IMG/VR virus record: IMGVR_UViG_3300031555_004728
Coordinates: 192,001-256,000 of that record
Strand: one strand, 5' to 3'
Source: a virus
Taxonomy: Duplodnaviria; Caudoviricetes
DNA: 64,000 nucleotides
A program made the position numbers and the translations under genes. The notes beneath the pieces were generated by a model. It saw nothing but the letters and a program-made list of their open reading frames with translations. It had not been told where the DNA came from and made no database searches. This document shows, in pieces, positions 36,709 to 47,117 of this stretch. Every line of letters begins with the position of its first letter. Position 1 is the stretch's first letter.

Positions 36709-38913
36709 ATGGCATCAGTAATTCAGATTGTTCCTAAGGGACAATACCCTCATGTCGAGACTTTTATCTACGACAATACAGAGGTTAATGATACTCCTTC
36801 TACTGAAGTCGATGATACTATAAAAACTATCCATGTCTTCAGATCTGGAAAGGGTATTGATAATAAAATTGTTAAAATAACAAGTCAACCAGATTTTACT
36901 GAAACTTTCGGTAAAACTGACTATAAGAAATATGGTCAAGCCTTGATGATGCCTTATGCTTCTCTAGCTTCAGAAAGAACATCAGTATACTGTATGAGAT
37001 TAATGCCTGATGATGCGGCATATGCAAACTCAGCTATTTATGCATATTACAGATTAGCTAATGTCACTGTGAAAGAACCAGTTCTTGATGAAAATGGTAA
37101 AGTTACTTATGAAGAAGATGGTTACACAGTAAAAACTCAAGAAGTTGAAAAGCAGGTATTTCAGGTTATGTTCCGTTCAGCATCTTTTGCTCCAACAGTA
37201 AATGCTGAAACAAATAGACTTGAAAATGATAGTACTGCAGTAATCGATGACAAAACATTTGATTCATTGATTAAAGCATCTATCGAAGATATCGAAGCAA
37301 CTGATGGTGGCGAAAATTGGGTATGCGTACCTCTTATGCGTTCAAGATTAGTTGGTCGTGGTATTTATGGTGATGACTATAAATGGCGCATCACAAAAAA
37401 TGCTGAATATGAAAAAGATTATGAAAAGAAAATTTATACTTTCGAAATCATGTCAGCTGAAAACGGACTTGAAAAGTCTGCAACATATGTAGGTTCTTTG
37501 GTAACATCTGTTGTTAATAATGAATCTATGTTTATTGATGATATTATTTCTGAATATGATGAAGGTGAATATCCAGTAGCCATCAACGTTTATGAAGAAT
37601 CTGTTGAAATCATCTACAATGCTTACAAGAAATTCTTATACTCAGTTGCAAAAGAAACTGGTGAAGAAATCGTTGTTCCAGACAAAGATGAATTCGACTT
37701 ATTATTCGGTATGGAATTAAATACAAATACACCATATGAATACTTCCAAGTATTAACACCTCCGACAGAAACTGTTACAGCTGAAGATGGTTCTGTATCC
37801 GTTGTTCCTAATGGATACCCAGTTCCAGATGATGCTAATGCAATCGTTATGGGTGATACTATTGGTATTCCATATGCTGGTGGATATGATGGATCATTCT
37901 CTATGTTTGTTGATACAGAAAATAAGACAGTTGTTAATGGTGCTCTTGAAACTATTTCTGCAGCCGATTATGCTACAGCAGTTAGAAATGGTATTCTTCA
38001 TCTCCAAAAAGATAAAGTTGGAACCAGAGATGCATCAACTGTTGAAGACTTTATGTATGCAAAAGCCTTCGCTGGTATGTTAGACAAGTCAATCTTATCT
38101 GTAAGAAGAACTCCTGCAGATTACTTACTTGATGCTAACTACTCATACTATACAAAACACTCATTTGTTCAATTTGCTCTTGCTCGTAATGATGCATTAG
38201 TATATATTGATACAGGTGTTGAATATGATTCATTCACAAATGCAGTTCTTGAAACACTCAAAGCTGATTATTATGAATCAATCTTTGCTGACAGATTAGT
38301 TTCTGTAAATGCTCATCATATGAAAGTGTCTGATCCATTTACACAGAAGAAAGTAGTAGTTACTATGACATACTACATTGCAAGAAACTTACCTGTTCAT
38401 TGGGCAGCAAATGGTATCCAAACACCATTCGCTAAAGCAAAAGCTCGTATTACAGAGCACGCTAAAAACTCTATTTATCCTGTAATTGATTTACATGAGG
38501 GTGATCTTATGGAAACACTTACAAATATTAGAGTTAACTATGTTGAAGCTATTGGTGAGAACCAATTCCAACGTGGTATTCAAAACACTGCTCAAACAAT
38601 CAAGTCTGATCTTGATGAAGAAAGCAATGTTCATGTATTAATGTGGTTAAAGAGAAATATCGAAAAAGATGTATTCGATAACCTCTATAACTTCGCAAAT
38701 GCTTCTGAAAGAGCTACATTCAGACAAGTTGAAAAAGCTAAGTATGAATTTATTGAAGGAAGCATGGTTGAATCGTTTGATATCACTTTTGATATGAACG
38801 AATGGGAATCTCAAAGACAAATTCTTCATTGTTACCTCGAAGTAGTATTCCGTGGTATCGCTAAACGTGCTATCATTGAAATCGATGTTAACAAGAGAGA
38901 TTATACAGCGTAA
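36709..38913 (+). CDS. tail sheath protein
   Basis: 734 aa; N-terminal YPHVETFIYD and FTETFGK; C-terminal RVNY...QNTAQ...SDLDEESNVHVLMWLKR; followed by a tube-like gene. Confidence 0.85.
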   Translation: MASVIQIVPKGQYPHVETFIYDNTEVNDTPSTEVDDTIKTIHVFRSGKGIDNKIVKITSQPDFTETFGKTDYKKYGQALMMPYASLASERTSVYCMRLMPDDAAYANSAIYAYYRLANVTVKEPVLDENGKVTYEEDGYTVKTQEVEKQVFQVMFRSASFAPTVNAETNRLENDSTAVIDDKTFDSLIKASIEDIEATDGGENWVCVPLMRSRLVGRGIYGDDYKWRITKNAEYEKDYEKKIYTFEIMSAENGLEKSATYVGSLVTSVVNNESMFIDDIISEYDEGEYPVAINVYEESVEIIYNAYKKFLYSVAKETGEEIVVPDKDEFDLLFGMELNTNTPYEYFQVLTPPTETVTAEDGSVSVVPNGYPVPDDANAIVMGDTIGIPYAGGYDGSFSMFVDTENKTVVNGALETISAADYATAVRNGILHLQKDKVGTRDASTVEDFMYAKAFAGMLDKSILSVRRTPADYLLDANYSYYTKHSFVQFALARNDALVYIDTGVEYDSFTNAVLETLKADYYESIFADRLVSVNAHHMKVSDPFTQKKVVVTMTYYIARNLPVHWAANGIQTPFAKAKARITEHAKNSIYPVIDLHEGDLMETLTNIRVNYVEAIGENQFQRGIQNTAQTIKSDLDEESNVHVLMWLKRNIEKDVFDNLYNFANASERATFRQVEKAKYEFIEGSMVESFDITFDMNEWESQRQILHCYLEVVFRGIAKRAIIEIDVNKRDYTA

Positions 38914-38931
38914 GGAAGGAGGAAATAATCA

Positions 38932-39747
38932 ATGCCAGTAACAATTCAAGAGAATATTAAGTCTCATAATGACGCCAACTTAACAAAGTATGCTTTGTTT
39001 CTTGGCGGTTTAGATGTAACTCATGATGTTCTTGCTTCTTACGATCCATTTATTGGTGGTAAAGCACGTATCTTCATGACAAGAATGCCTACCTTCACTC
39101 TTGATTCACAAAAAGGTATTCCTGAAAAAATGAAAAAGTTTAAACATATCTTAGAGTATGCTAACACTGGTGTTTCAGGAATCAATGATATTGATGTCAA
39201 TAGTGAAACTATGACAGGTGGTTATGTTGGTAGAGAATTTGCTATTCCAACACTTGCTAAAAACAATACAAATACTATCACTATTTCTACTTATGAATTC
39301 TCAGGTAGACCAATGGGTGAAGTATTACACTGGTGGATTTCTGGTGTTATGGATTACCAATCAGGATTTGCAACATATCACGATGTAGATTTGGCTGTTA
39401 AACAATCAAATCATATTGCTGAGTTCATTTATGTTGTAACAGATAGAACTGGTAAATCAAGTGGAATTGAATTTGCATGTATGTTTGCAAACTGCTTCCC
39501 AACAACTATTAAGATGGATCACTTGAACTATAGAGCAGGTGAAGCTAATGTTGCAGAAATGGACATTACATTCAGCTGTACTATGTACGAGTCTCCACAA
39601 ATCAATGCAATTGCTAAGAAGTTGCTTGAAAAATATCAAATCCTTATGGATTCACTTGATTTCTGTCCGAAGTTCGATATGAACACAGATGAAACGGGTG
39701 TAGCAACTGCTTACAATCCTGAAACTGGTCGTTTAGAAAACGCCTAA
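38932..39747 (+). CDS. tail tube protein
   Basis: Directly follows sheath; FANCFPTTI...LNY...EMDITFSC pattern. Confidence 0.75.
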   Translation: MPVTIQENIKSHNDANLTKYALFLGGLDVTHDVLASYDPFIGGKARIFMTRMPTFTLDSQKGIPEKMKKFKHILEYANTGVSGINDIDVNSETMTGGYVGREFAIPTLAKNNTNTITISTYEFSGRPMGEVLHWWISGVMDYQSGFATYHDVDLAVKQSNHIAEFIYVVTDRTGKSSGIEFACMFANCFPTTIKMDHLNYRAGEANVAEMDITFSCTMYESPQINAIAKKLLEKYQILMDSLDFCPKFDMNTDETGVATAYNPETGRLENA

Positions 39748-39792
39748 AATAAATAAAATATAGGTTGATGAATTATCATCAACCTATATTTT

Positions 39793-40107
39793 TTACGTAA
39801 TATTAACTCTTTCTAGATAAGTTTCATTATTATATGTCTCTTCACTATACTCAACAATAAAGTCTTTCATAAATTCTTCATCATTCAATTTTTCAACAAC
39901 CGCATCTACTCCTTCTCTTAATACATCTACATGTATAATACCAGCAGAAATTGAAAAATCTACTTTATGACCTGTTGCATAGCTTAAAGCTTCTACTAAT
40001 TTTTGAGCTTGTTTACTTCTTCCATGGAAAAATGCTACTCTTATTCCATTATTATAAATTTCATCATCTTCTTTATCGCTCCATGTAAAATTTTGTTTGT
40101 TATCCAT
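39793..40107 (-). CDS. hypothetical protein
   Basis: AAGGAG RBS. Confidence 0.7.
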   Translation of the reverse strand: MDNKQNFTWSDKEDDEIYNNGIRVAFFHGRSKQAQKLVEALSYATGHKVDFSISAGIIHVDVLREGVDAVVEKLNDEEFMKDFIVEYSEETYNNETYLERVNIT

Positions 40108-40182
40108 TTTTATAAATCTCCTTTTCTTAAATTATAAAAAAGTAACTAGATAGATGATTTTTCATCTATCTAGTTAAATTAA

Positions 40183-42552
40183 TTATTGTATCTCATCTGC
40201 AAATACATCTAAGTTATCTTTACCTTTATTTTCTGGATTTAATGAATTATCAATATTTTGAAGTTTGATTTCTTCATACCAATCAAAAATTTCATCAACA
40301 TCAATACTTGGTAAGTATTTTCTAACTAGACGTTTTGTGATTTCTTGTATAACATTTTCCAACTCTGGATTTTGATTCCATGCCTCACCTAAAAGAAGAT
40401 TAAGAATAAATGTCCTAATAGCATCAAATGATGTTAATGCTTCTTGTTTAAGCAAGTTATTTGCAAAATTAGGAGGTGTAAGTGTAACTGTAAATGATTT
40501 AATTTTATTAGGATCAACTGCACCAGAGTGTTTAGCAACTAGTCTATAGAACTCTGTGATATTTTCATTAAAATTAATCTGATATGACATTACACGTCCT
40601 TGGAATCTTGTATTTGCAAGTTCTAATGATTTTGCAAAATCTGCTTCGTTCATGTAATTCATAATTGCTTGTGGAACACCTGTTCCTAAGATATAACAAT
40701 TACGAAGCATTTCCATGAGTTCAGTATTTAACTGGACATCCTGTCCTTGAAGAATTTCTGTTTCAAATCCTCTTTCACCATTTCTGCCTGTTGGAATATA
40801 CATTTCTGTACCATTACCAACTTTCCTAAGTAGGGTTGTGTAAGACATTAAATCCATGATATTTACTTGATGGTTTTGTTTATCTCTCGCAATTTCCTGT
40901 ATCTTATTAGATATATTCTTATCAATTCCTGATGTTCTAACATAGTTTACCTTTTGGTCATTAGAATAAAGAATGATAGATGTAATCTTAAATAAAAGAA
41001 GCATGAGATATAACTTAGCATAGAATAATGAAGGTTCAATCATAGATACACCTTCTTCATTCTCATTTTCATTTACTTTAAATTCACAAACATATTCTGC
41101 TGGAATAAATTGGAATTTAAGTCTCTTTGTATTAAGATCATAATAAGTTAAAGCTTCTGCAATAACTTCTTTAAGTTCAGAATTTTCTCGTAAAAACTTC
41201 TTATCAAAACTCATTACGATTCTATGTACAAGATTATCAATAATTGATCTTTGTCTACCACTATTATTATACTTATTATAATAAGTAGTACTTGTCATTA
41301 TACCATTTACTGGCTTAATTTCATCCTCTTGAATATAAAAATAACCAATTGGTTTATTTAAAATTTTAAGAGGAAACATATGCATTGGATCAACTAATTT
41401 GATATAACAATCAGTAAAATTCTCAAATTCTTTATCAATTTTCTTTTCTGATTTTTTGTAGTCTTTGCCATATACACCAGCATCAACATTTGAAACTTTT
41501 GTGAATAAGTCTCGTCCATCCTCTACATATAATTTAGCATACTCTTCAAGAGCTTCTGCTGACTCTGTTATAAATGGTAATGGAACTTCATCGTTACATA
41601 CAGTAATATTATTCATGTATGATTCGATTTCATCCTTAACTTTTTCTACAAATTTATCTTTTGTTAGCTCAGAGCCATAATGAATATTTGTCATGTGTTT
41701 AATTTCTTTCTCGTCGAATTGATCAACAAAATCTGTTGCACACTCTCTAAAATATTCATCTTTTGTTTTCTTTCCATCATTATTATCTTCTTTAAAAGAA
41801 TCAATAATAGGACTTTCAGTATAGGTTCTAGCATCACTTAAGAAACTTGCACCACTTATAGGGTCAACCATCTTTTTCTTAAAATCTGCAAATATTTTAG
41901 AATATGGTAAAACATAAGCATAGTAATTTCCATATGTTAAAGTCTTAGGAACTACATGGTCTTTAATTTTTGATTGTAATTTGAATTTAGTTTCAATAAA
42001 CTCCATATGAGATTGAAGTTCTTCTATAACATCATCAGATTCAAATTCAAAATTAAAGTTTCTTGAAATACCACCATCATTAACATCAGGAGATACAATT
42101 GCATCTCTCATAATATTAATAGCTTCTCTAAGTTCAATTAACTGAGAAGATATTTCTTGTAAATCTGCATATTTAAGCATTTTATTCTGATATGCATCAG
42201 ATAAAAATGTAGTTATTTGCCCATCATCTGAATTCAAAAATGATTCAATACTAGGATTATTCCATGAGATTCTTGTATCTTGTTTAAATAACTCACCCAT
42301 AAAAGTAGTTATACTTTGTCCATCTGAATGGTTTAATCCATCCATTTCATTTTTAAGTAAATCATTAAATTGATTTACTAATACTGAATGATCATTCTTT
42401 TTTGTTGCACCATAAAGGGATAATTCCATTTGGCTAATCATATTATTGAGACTATTTGTAATAGACTCATTTCTCTTTTTTTCTGAAGGAGTAAGATCAT
42501 CCAGACTACGTGGTTTGCTCTCATTTTTTGGCATGAGTGTCTCTCCTTTCAT
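40183..42552 (-). CDS. portal protein (T4 gp20-like)
   Basis: AINIMRDAIVSPD, GVSMIEP..FYAKLY, FETEILQGQ, GTGVP pattern; size and context fit. Confidence 0.7.
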   Translation of the reverse strand: MKGETLMPKNESKPRSLDDLTPSEKKRNESITNSLNNMISQMELSLYGATKKNDHSVLVNQFNDLLKNEMDGLNHSDGQSITTFMGELFKQDTRISWNNPSIESFLNSDDGQITTFLSDAYQNKMLKYADLQEISSQLIELREAINIMRDAIVSPDVNDGGISRNFNFEFESDDVIEELQSHMEFIETKFKLQSKIKDHVVPKTLTYGNYYAYVLPYSKIFADFKKKMVDPISGASFLSDARTYTESPIIDSFKEDNNDGKKTKDEYFRECATDFVDQFDEKEIKHMTNIHYGSELTKDKFVEKVKDEIESYMNNITVCNDEVPLPFITESAEALEEYAKLYVEDGRDLFTKVSNVDAGVYGKDYKKSEKKIDKEFENFTDCYIKLVDPMHMFPLKILNKPIGYFYIQEDEIKPVNGIMTSTTYYNKYNNSGRQRSIIDNLVHRIVMSFDKKFLRENSELKEVIAEALTYYDLNTKRLKFQFIPAEYVCEFKVNENENEEGVSMIEPSLFYAKLYLMLLLFKITSIILYSNDQKVNYVRTSGIDKNISNKIQEIARDKQNHQVNIMDLMSYTTLLRKVGNGTEMYIPTGRNGERGFETEILQGQDVQLNTELMEMLRNCYILGTGVPQAIMNYMNEADFAKSLELANTRFQGRVMSYQINFNENITEFYRLVAKHSGAVDPNKIKSFTVTLTPPNFANNLLKQEALTSFDAIRTFILNLLLGEAWNQNPELENVIQEITKRLVRKYLPSIDVDEIFDWYEEIKLQNIDNSLNPENKGKDNLDVFADEIQ

Positions 42553-42638
42553 TTTTCTTTAACTTAGAAAACTGTTTTTAAGACAATAAATTAGTCAAAA
42601 CAATTTATTAATTTATAAATGATTCGAGGTGTTAAAAG

Positions 42639-43025
42639 ATGGGAATTTTTCCAAAAAAAGAAGAATTTGTATCTAAAATACCACAAAAATATCAAAACCT
42701 TACTTATCAAAGCATGACACTAGATTTAGTATCAAAAATTTCAAGTGAATTCCCTGAATTGAAGCCACCAAAATTTATTGATTCTGAATTACAAAAAGGA
42801 AACATGACTGAAGAAAAAGCTAATCAATTAAAAATCAGATCAATGGTAAATGGTATCAAAAGTTATGTAAGTAATGAAAAACGTAAATTTGATGCTGAAC
42901 AGACTAAAAAGAAAAATATTCTTCCTGATAAGATTAAGCGTAAAATGATTAAGGTTTATGAAAGTGGTTCAAATGGTACAATATCAAAAGATGAAGTAAA
43001 TTATCTTATTGATGCATTAAAATAA
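42639..43025 (+). CDS. small putative virion protein
   Basis: C-terminal IKVYESGSNGTISKDEVNYLI motif; late-type promoter at 42599-42610. Confidence 0.55.
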   Translation: MGIFPKKEEFVSKIPQKYQNLTYQSMTLDLVSKISSEFPELKPPKFIDSELQKGNMTEEKANQLKIRSMVNGIKSYVSNEKRKFDAEQTKKKNILPDKIKRKMIKVYESGSNGTISKDEVNYLIDALK

Positions 43026-43059
43026 CAAAAAAAGAAGATTGATTAGATCAATCTTCTTT

Positions 43060-43470
43060 TTATTTTTTCAATTCATAATATGGAAGAATTATATGCATTG
43101 AAGATGTAATTTGACTATCACCTTTTAAATCATTTACATAATTAACATCTTCAATCCATCGTTCCATTCTATAGTTTTCTGTTTCAGGATGCATTTCACA
43201 TACATATCCATATAATTCTGACACTGTATCACCAGATTGAATTTCATATGAAAAATACATTTTATCATATAACTGACTTGCAACATAATCTTCTTTTTCT
43301 CTTTTGTTACCTTCTTCAATAGCTATTGAAATTGTATATGTAAAGAAAAGTAATAAAGCGATAAAAATTACAAAGTTGATATTGCTTTGTTTTCTATTAT
43401 GTCTTCTTGTAAATTCCTCCTGAAAACTTGGATAGTGCTTAACCCCATTTTTATCAATATAAGCTCTCAT
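43060..43470 (-). CDS. membrane-anchored LysM protein (YneA-like architecture)
   Basis: TM then YEIQSGDTVSEL...VNDLKGDSQITSSMHIILPY. Confidence 0.65.
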   Translation of the reverse strand: MRAYIDKNGVKHYPSFQEEFTRRHNRKQSNINFVIFIALLLFFTYTISIAIEEGNKREKEDYVASQLYDKMYFSYEIQSGDTVSELYGYVCEMHPETENYRMERWIEDVNYVNDLKGDSQITSSMHIILPYYELKK

Positions 43471-43508
43471 TTTATTTATGCTCCTTTTTAAAAATTTAGA
43501 GAAGAGGA

Positions 43509-43832
43509 TTAATCCTCTTCTCCTGTTTGTTCTGGTGTAACAGTTTCGTCTTCAAATTCATCATCGATAAAATCATCTTCAAAATCATCATCTTCTTTAG
43601 ATGCTGATTTTTCTGCACGTTTATCTTTGATTAATTTTGCGGTATTTTTAGCTACTTTAGAAACACCTTTAACTGCTAACTTTCCTGTTTCTATAAGTAA
43701 TTTACCAACTTGAATACCTACTTCAACTGCTACTACAGTAATAACTGCATCACCAATAATTTGTGAATAGTTTTTGTTTGTGTTGTTTGTTGTTTTCATA
43801 AAACCTCCGGCTCTTGATATTATCTCCACCAC
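43509..43832 (-). CDS. hypothetical protein with acidic tail; true start probably 43799
   Basis: GGAGG before MKTTNN. Confidence 0.65.
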   Translation of the reverse strand: MVEIISRAGGFMKTTNNTNKNYSQIIGDAVITVVAVEVGIQVGKLLIETGKLAVKGVSKVAKNTAKLIKDKRAEKSASKEDDDFEDDFIDDEFEDETVTPEQTGEED

Positions 43833-44009
43833 ATGTAATAAATTTTGTTTGCTGACGATTATATTTATTACGTCACGCTATGAACTTTTTTGATATAAAT
43901 AGATTTATTTCTACTCATATTCGCGAAAATATTATATCAATATTAGATTTAACTTTACGGTTAATTTAATTGAAAAAACACTACTTTAACCCTATAAACA
44001 AGAAAGTAG

Positions 44010-45416
44010 GTGAATACATTGAAAGTAGGATTATTAAATACTGAAGAATTTATTTCAGTAAATAATCTTAAGGAAATAACATCACCTGTTATGTTCCAAA
44101 GAGGAAATAACCCTCATCCAGAAGGTCTCTTTAGTACTGAAATTTTTGGTATGACACCAAAAGATAGAAAAGAGACTTTTGCATATATTAATTTAAATCA
44201 TGTATTCCTACATCCTCATATTTATAAGATAATGAAACGATTTTTTAGAAACGTTGAAAAAATAGTTAATGGTTCTTCTTATTATCAAATTAATAGTGAA
44301 GGACATCTTGTTTTATCTGATAATATTAATGGGGAAACAGGAGTTCAATTTTTATATGATAACTGGGAAAAGATTAAATGGGAATATTCTGATTCACCGT
44401 CAAGAAACGAAAGAATTGATGTTGTGACAAAAAGTAAGAAATCAGAAGTTTTCATTTCAAAACTTATAATCATTCCACCATTTTATCGAGATGTAACATC
44501 ATCATCAGGTGGAGGACAAATACCAGAGATTAATAACTTTTATGCAAATGCTATTCGTTTATCTTCTATATTAAAAGAAAACGATTTATTTAGTTTTAAT
44601 CTCTATTCATCTCAATATGCTATACAAGAATTACTTGTAGAGACATATGATTATTTTAAAGAAAAACTTCAATCTAAAAATGGTTTACTTAGAAAATATC
44701 TTATGGGTAAAAACGTTGACCTTTGTACAAGAGCTGTTATTACAGCAGCATCTTTCCATGCAAATAGACCTGAAGATATGCAGATTAATCTTAAATATAG
44801 TGGTGTTCCTATATCACATATTTTATCTCTATGTAATCCATTTATTATGACATGGATTAAAAATTTCTTTGAACGTGAATTAATGGATCCAAGTGAAAAG
44901 CATTTAATTGATTCTAGAACTGGGAAGGTTGTTGAATTAGTTGAACTTGCTAATCCTGAACTTATTTTTACTGATAAAGAAATTACAAAGAAAATGAATT
45001 CATTTATTAAAGATCCAGATATGAGATTCAAGCCAATTGAAGTTCCTCTTAAAAATGGAAAAACTTCATATCTTTTATTTCATGGTAAAAGATATGATAT
45101 GAGAAATAAAGATGAAATTGCATCAATTGCTAATAGAAAGATGACATGGACAGATGTATTTTATATGGCATGTGAAGATGCAGTTAAAGATAAACATGCA
45201 ATTATTACTAGATATCCTTTGATTGACCAGTATGGTCTTTTTGTTACTAGAGTAACTACATTGAGTACATCAAAAACTGTACCTATGCAAGTTGGTGAAA
45301 CTTTATATCCATATTATCCAGATATTGATTTATCTGTACCAGATAGTAAAGTTCCTACTTTATTTATAGATTCAGTTATGTTCTCTAATAGTTATCTTCC
45401 TGGTATAGATGGTGAT
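44010..45416 (+). CDS. phage multisubunit RNA polymerase beta'-like subunit, exon 1
   Basis: GLFSTEIFG, IIPPFYRD, KNGLLRKYLMGKNVD..RAVIT, TRYP; ends GIDGD. Confidence 0.9.
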
Positions 45417-45699
45417 TAACAAAATAGTTACCTAACCTCTTTAATTGCTGGAAACTCCTTAGAGTCTAAACTACCAAAGTGTAACAATGTTTAGAATTGG
45501 ACAATCAGCAGCGAAGCTTCTTATTATAAGAAGAACGTTCAACGACTATCGAAAGCATAACATAAGAGAAAGACTTATGTGAAGAAGTGAGTAGAGTAGG
45601 ATTTATAATCCGAAATGGGAGGCAATATTAATTTGGTAGTAGAATTAATATTGAAGATATAGTCTGAACTTTATAGAAATATAGAGATTAACATAGTTG
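45417..45699 (+). mobile_element. group I intron (283 nt, no homing endonuclease ORF)
   Basis: P AATTGCTGGAAA, Q AATCAGCAG, R GTTCAACGACTA, S AAGATATAGTCT; P1 pairs exon GGTGAT with GTTACC (U-G at splice site); ends in G. Confidence 0.92.
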
Positions 45700-47076
45700 T
45701 ATGACGGTGATCAAACTACAGTAAAAATTGTATGGACGCAAGAAGCCAATAAGGAATGTGAAGAAGTTATGAATAGACCATCATTCTTTGTAAGAATGGA
45801 TGGTTCATTAGTAAGGTTTGTTGAAATAGAAGCTATTCAGACATTCTATAATATGTCTAAAGAACCTTCTAGATCTAATAAAACTTTATCTATTCCAGAA
45901 GTTCATAATTTAACAAAATTAACACCAAATGATATCACATTCGATTTACTTATTGATTTATTTGGTCATATTGGTGGTAAAAAACCTAAATATGAACCAG
46001 AAGATAAAATGATTATTCCAGTTGGAGAGTATTATAATAAAGAACCTATTGAAACTACAGTAGGAAGATTTATCTTTAATAAAGCTCTTATTGAAAAATC
46101 TGGTATGGTTAAAGTACTTGGATATATCAACGATGTTTTAACTGAAGGATATTTCCATAATAAATTAGAAGGTAAAATTGCTGTTGAATTAATTGAAGGT
46201 AGAATTACAACAGACCAAATGTATACTTATGTTGATACTAGAGACTGGTTATCACTTCAATTACATGCATTAATAACACCTTCATTCACACCAAATACTA
46301 TAAAGATTCATCCTGAAGTTCAAAAACTTAAGAATGAATTATTTAAGAAATATGAAAAAGAATTAGCAAGTGGTAATGCTATTATAGCATCACAAATAGA
46401 ATCTGAATTGATTAATAAAACCAAAGAAGTATTAAAAGATGATATTGGAATGGATTTATATGTTTCTGGAGCTCGTGGTAGTTTAGGAAATAACTATAAA
46501 AATATTGCACTTATGAGAGGTGCGGTTTATAATCGTGCTACTGGAAAATTTGAAGTTGTTAAGAATTCATTAAATGATGGTCTTGCAGTAGAAGATATTC
46601 CTATTTCATCAAATACAATTCTTGAAGGAGCCTATCCTAAAGCTTGTGGTACGAGAGATTCAGGATATATATCTAAAAAATTACTTGCTGAATGTCAGAC
46701 TGAGTTTTTAGGAGATAAAGATTCAGATTGTCATACTAAACGTGGAATTAAAATAAAATTAGAACCTGGTATGGCTAAAAACTATATTTATAGATATATC
46801 ATGGTTAATGGTAAACCAGTTAAATTAACTGCAGATAATATCGATAAGTATATAGGAAAAGAAGTAGAACTTAGAAGTCCAATGACATGTATTAGAACTG
46901 AAAAAGGTGAGATTTGTAATGTATGTGCTGGAGATTTCTATTATATGGTAGATAATAGAGCTATGGGATTATCAGCATCTCGTATTGGAAATGCTCTTAC
47001 AAAATATAATATGAAAAAATTCCATGATAACGTTATTAAATACACTGATGTTGATTTGGATGATTTATTAATGTAA
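45700..47076 (+). CDS. RNA polymerase beta'-like subunit, exon 2
   Basis: Splicing restores DGDYDGDQ; TTVGRFIFN, SGARGS, TRDSGY, DC...LRSPMTC...ICNVCAG. Confidence 0.9.
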   Translation, partial: YDGDQTTVKIVWTQEANKECEEVMNRPSFFVRMDGSLVRFVEIEAIQTFYNMSKEPSRSNKTLSIPEVHNLTKLTPNDITFDLLIDLFGHIGGKKPKYEPEDKMIIPVGEYYNKEPIETTVGRFIFNKALIEKSGMVKVLGYINDVLTEGYFHNKLEGKIAVELIEGRITTDQMYTYVDTRDWLSLQLHALITPSFTPNTIKIHPEVQKLKNELFKKYEKELASGNAIIASQIESELINKTKEVLKDDIGMDLYVSGARGSLGNNYKNIALMRGAVYNRATGKFEVVKNSLNDGLAVEDIPISSNTILEGAYPKACGTRDSGYISKKLLAECQTEFLGDKDSDCHTKRGIKIKLEPGMAKNYIYRYIMVNGKPVKLTADNIDKYIGKEVELRSPMTCIRTEKGEICNVCAGDFYYMVDNRAMGLSASRIGNALTKYNMKKFHDNVIKYTDVDLDDLLM

Positions 47077-47117
47077 AAAATAAAGAGAGATGAAAATAAT
47101 TCATCTCTCTTTATTTT
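47077..47117. terminator. bidirectional terminator
   Basis: AAAATAAAGAGAGATGAA / TTCATCTCTCTTTATTTT between convergent genes. Confidence 0.75.

Noticed and set aside
45417-45419. Stop-codon reassignment or frameshift explaining the broken RNAP gene
   Set aside because: Group I intron elements and precise restoration of DGDYDGD explain it; other genes read normally in code 11.
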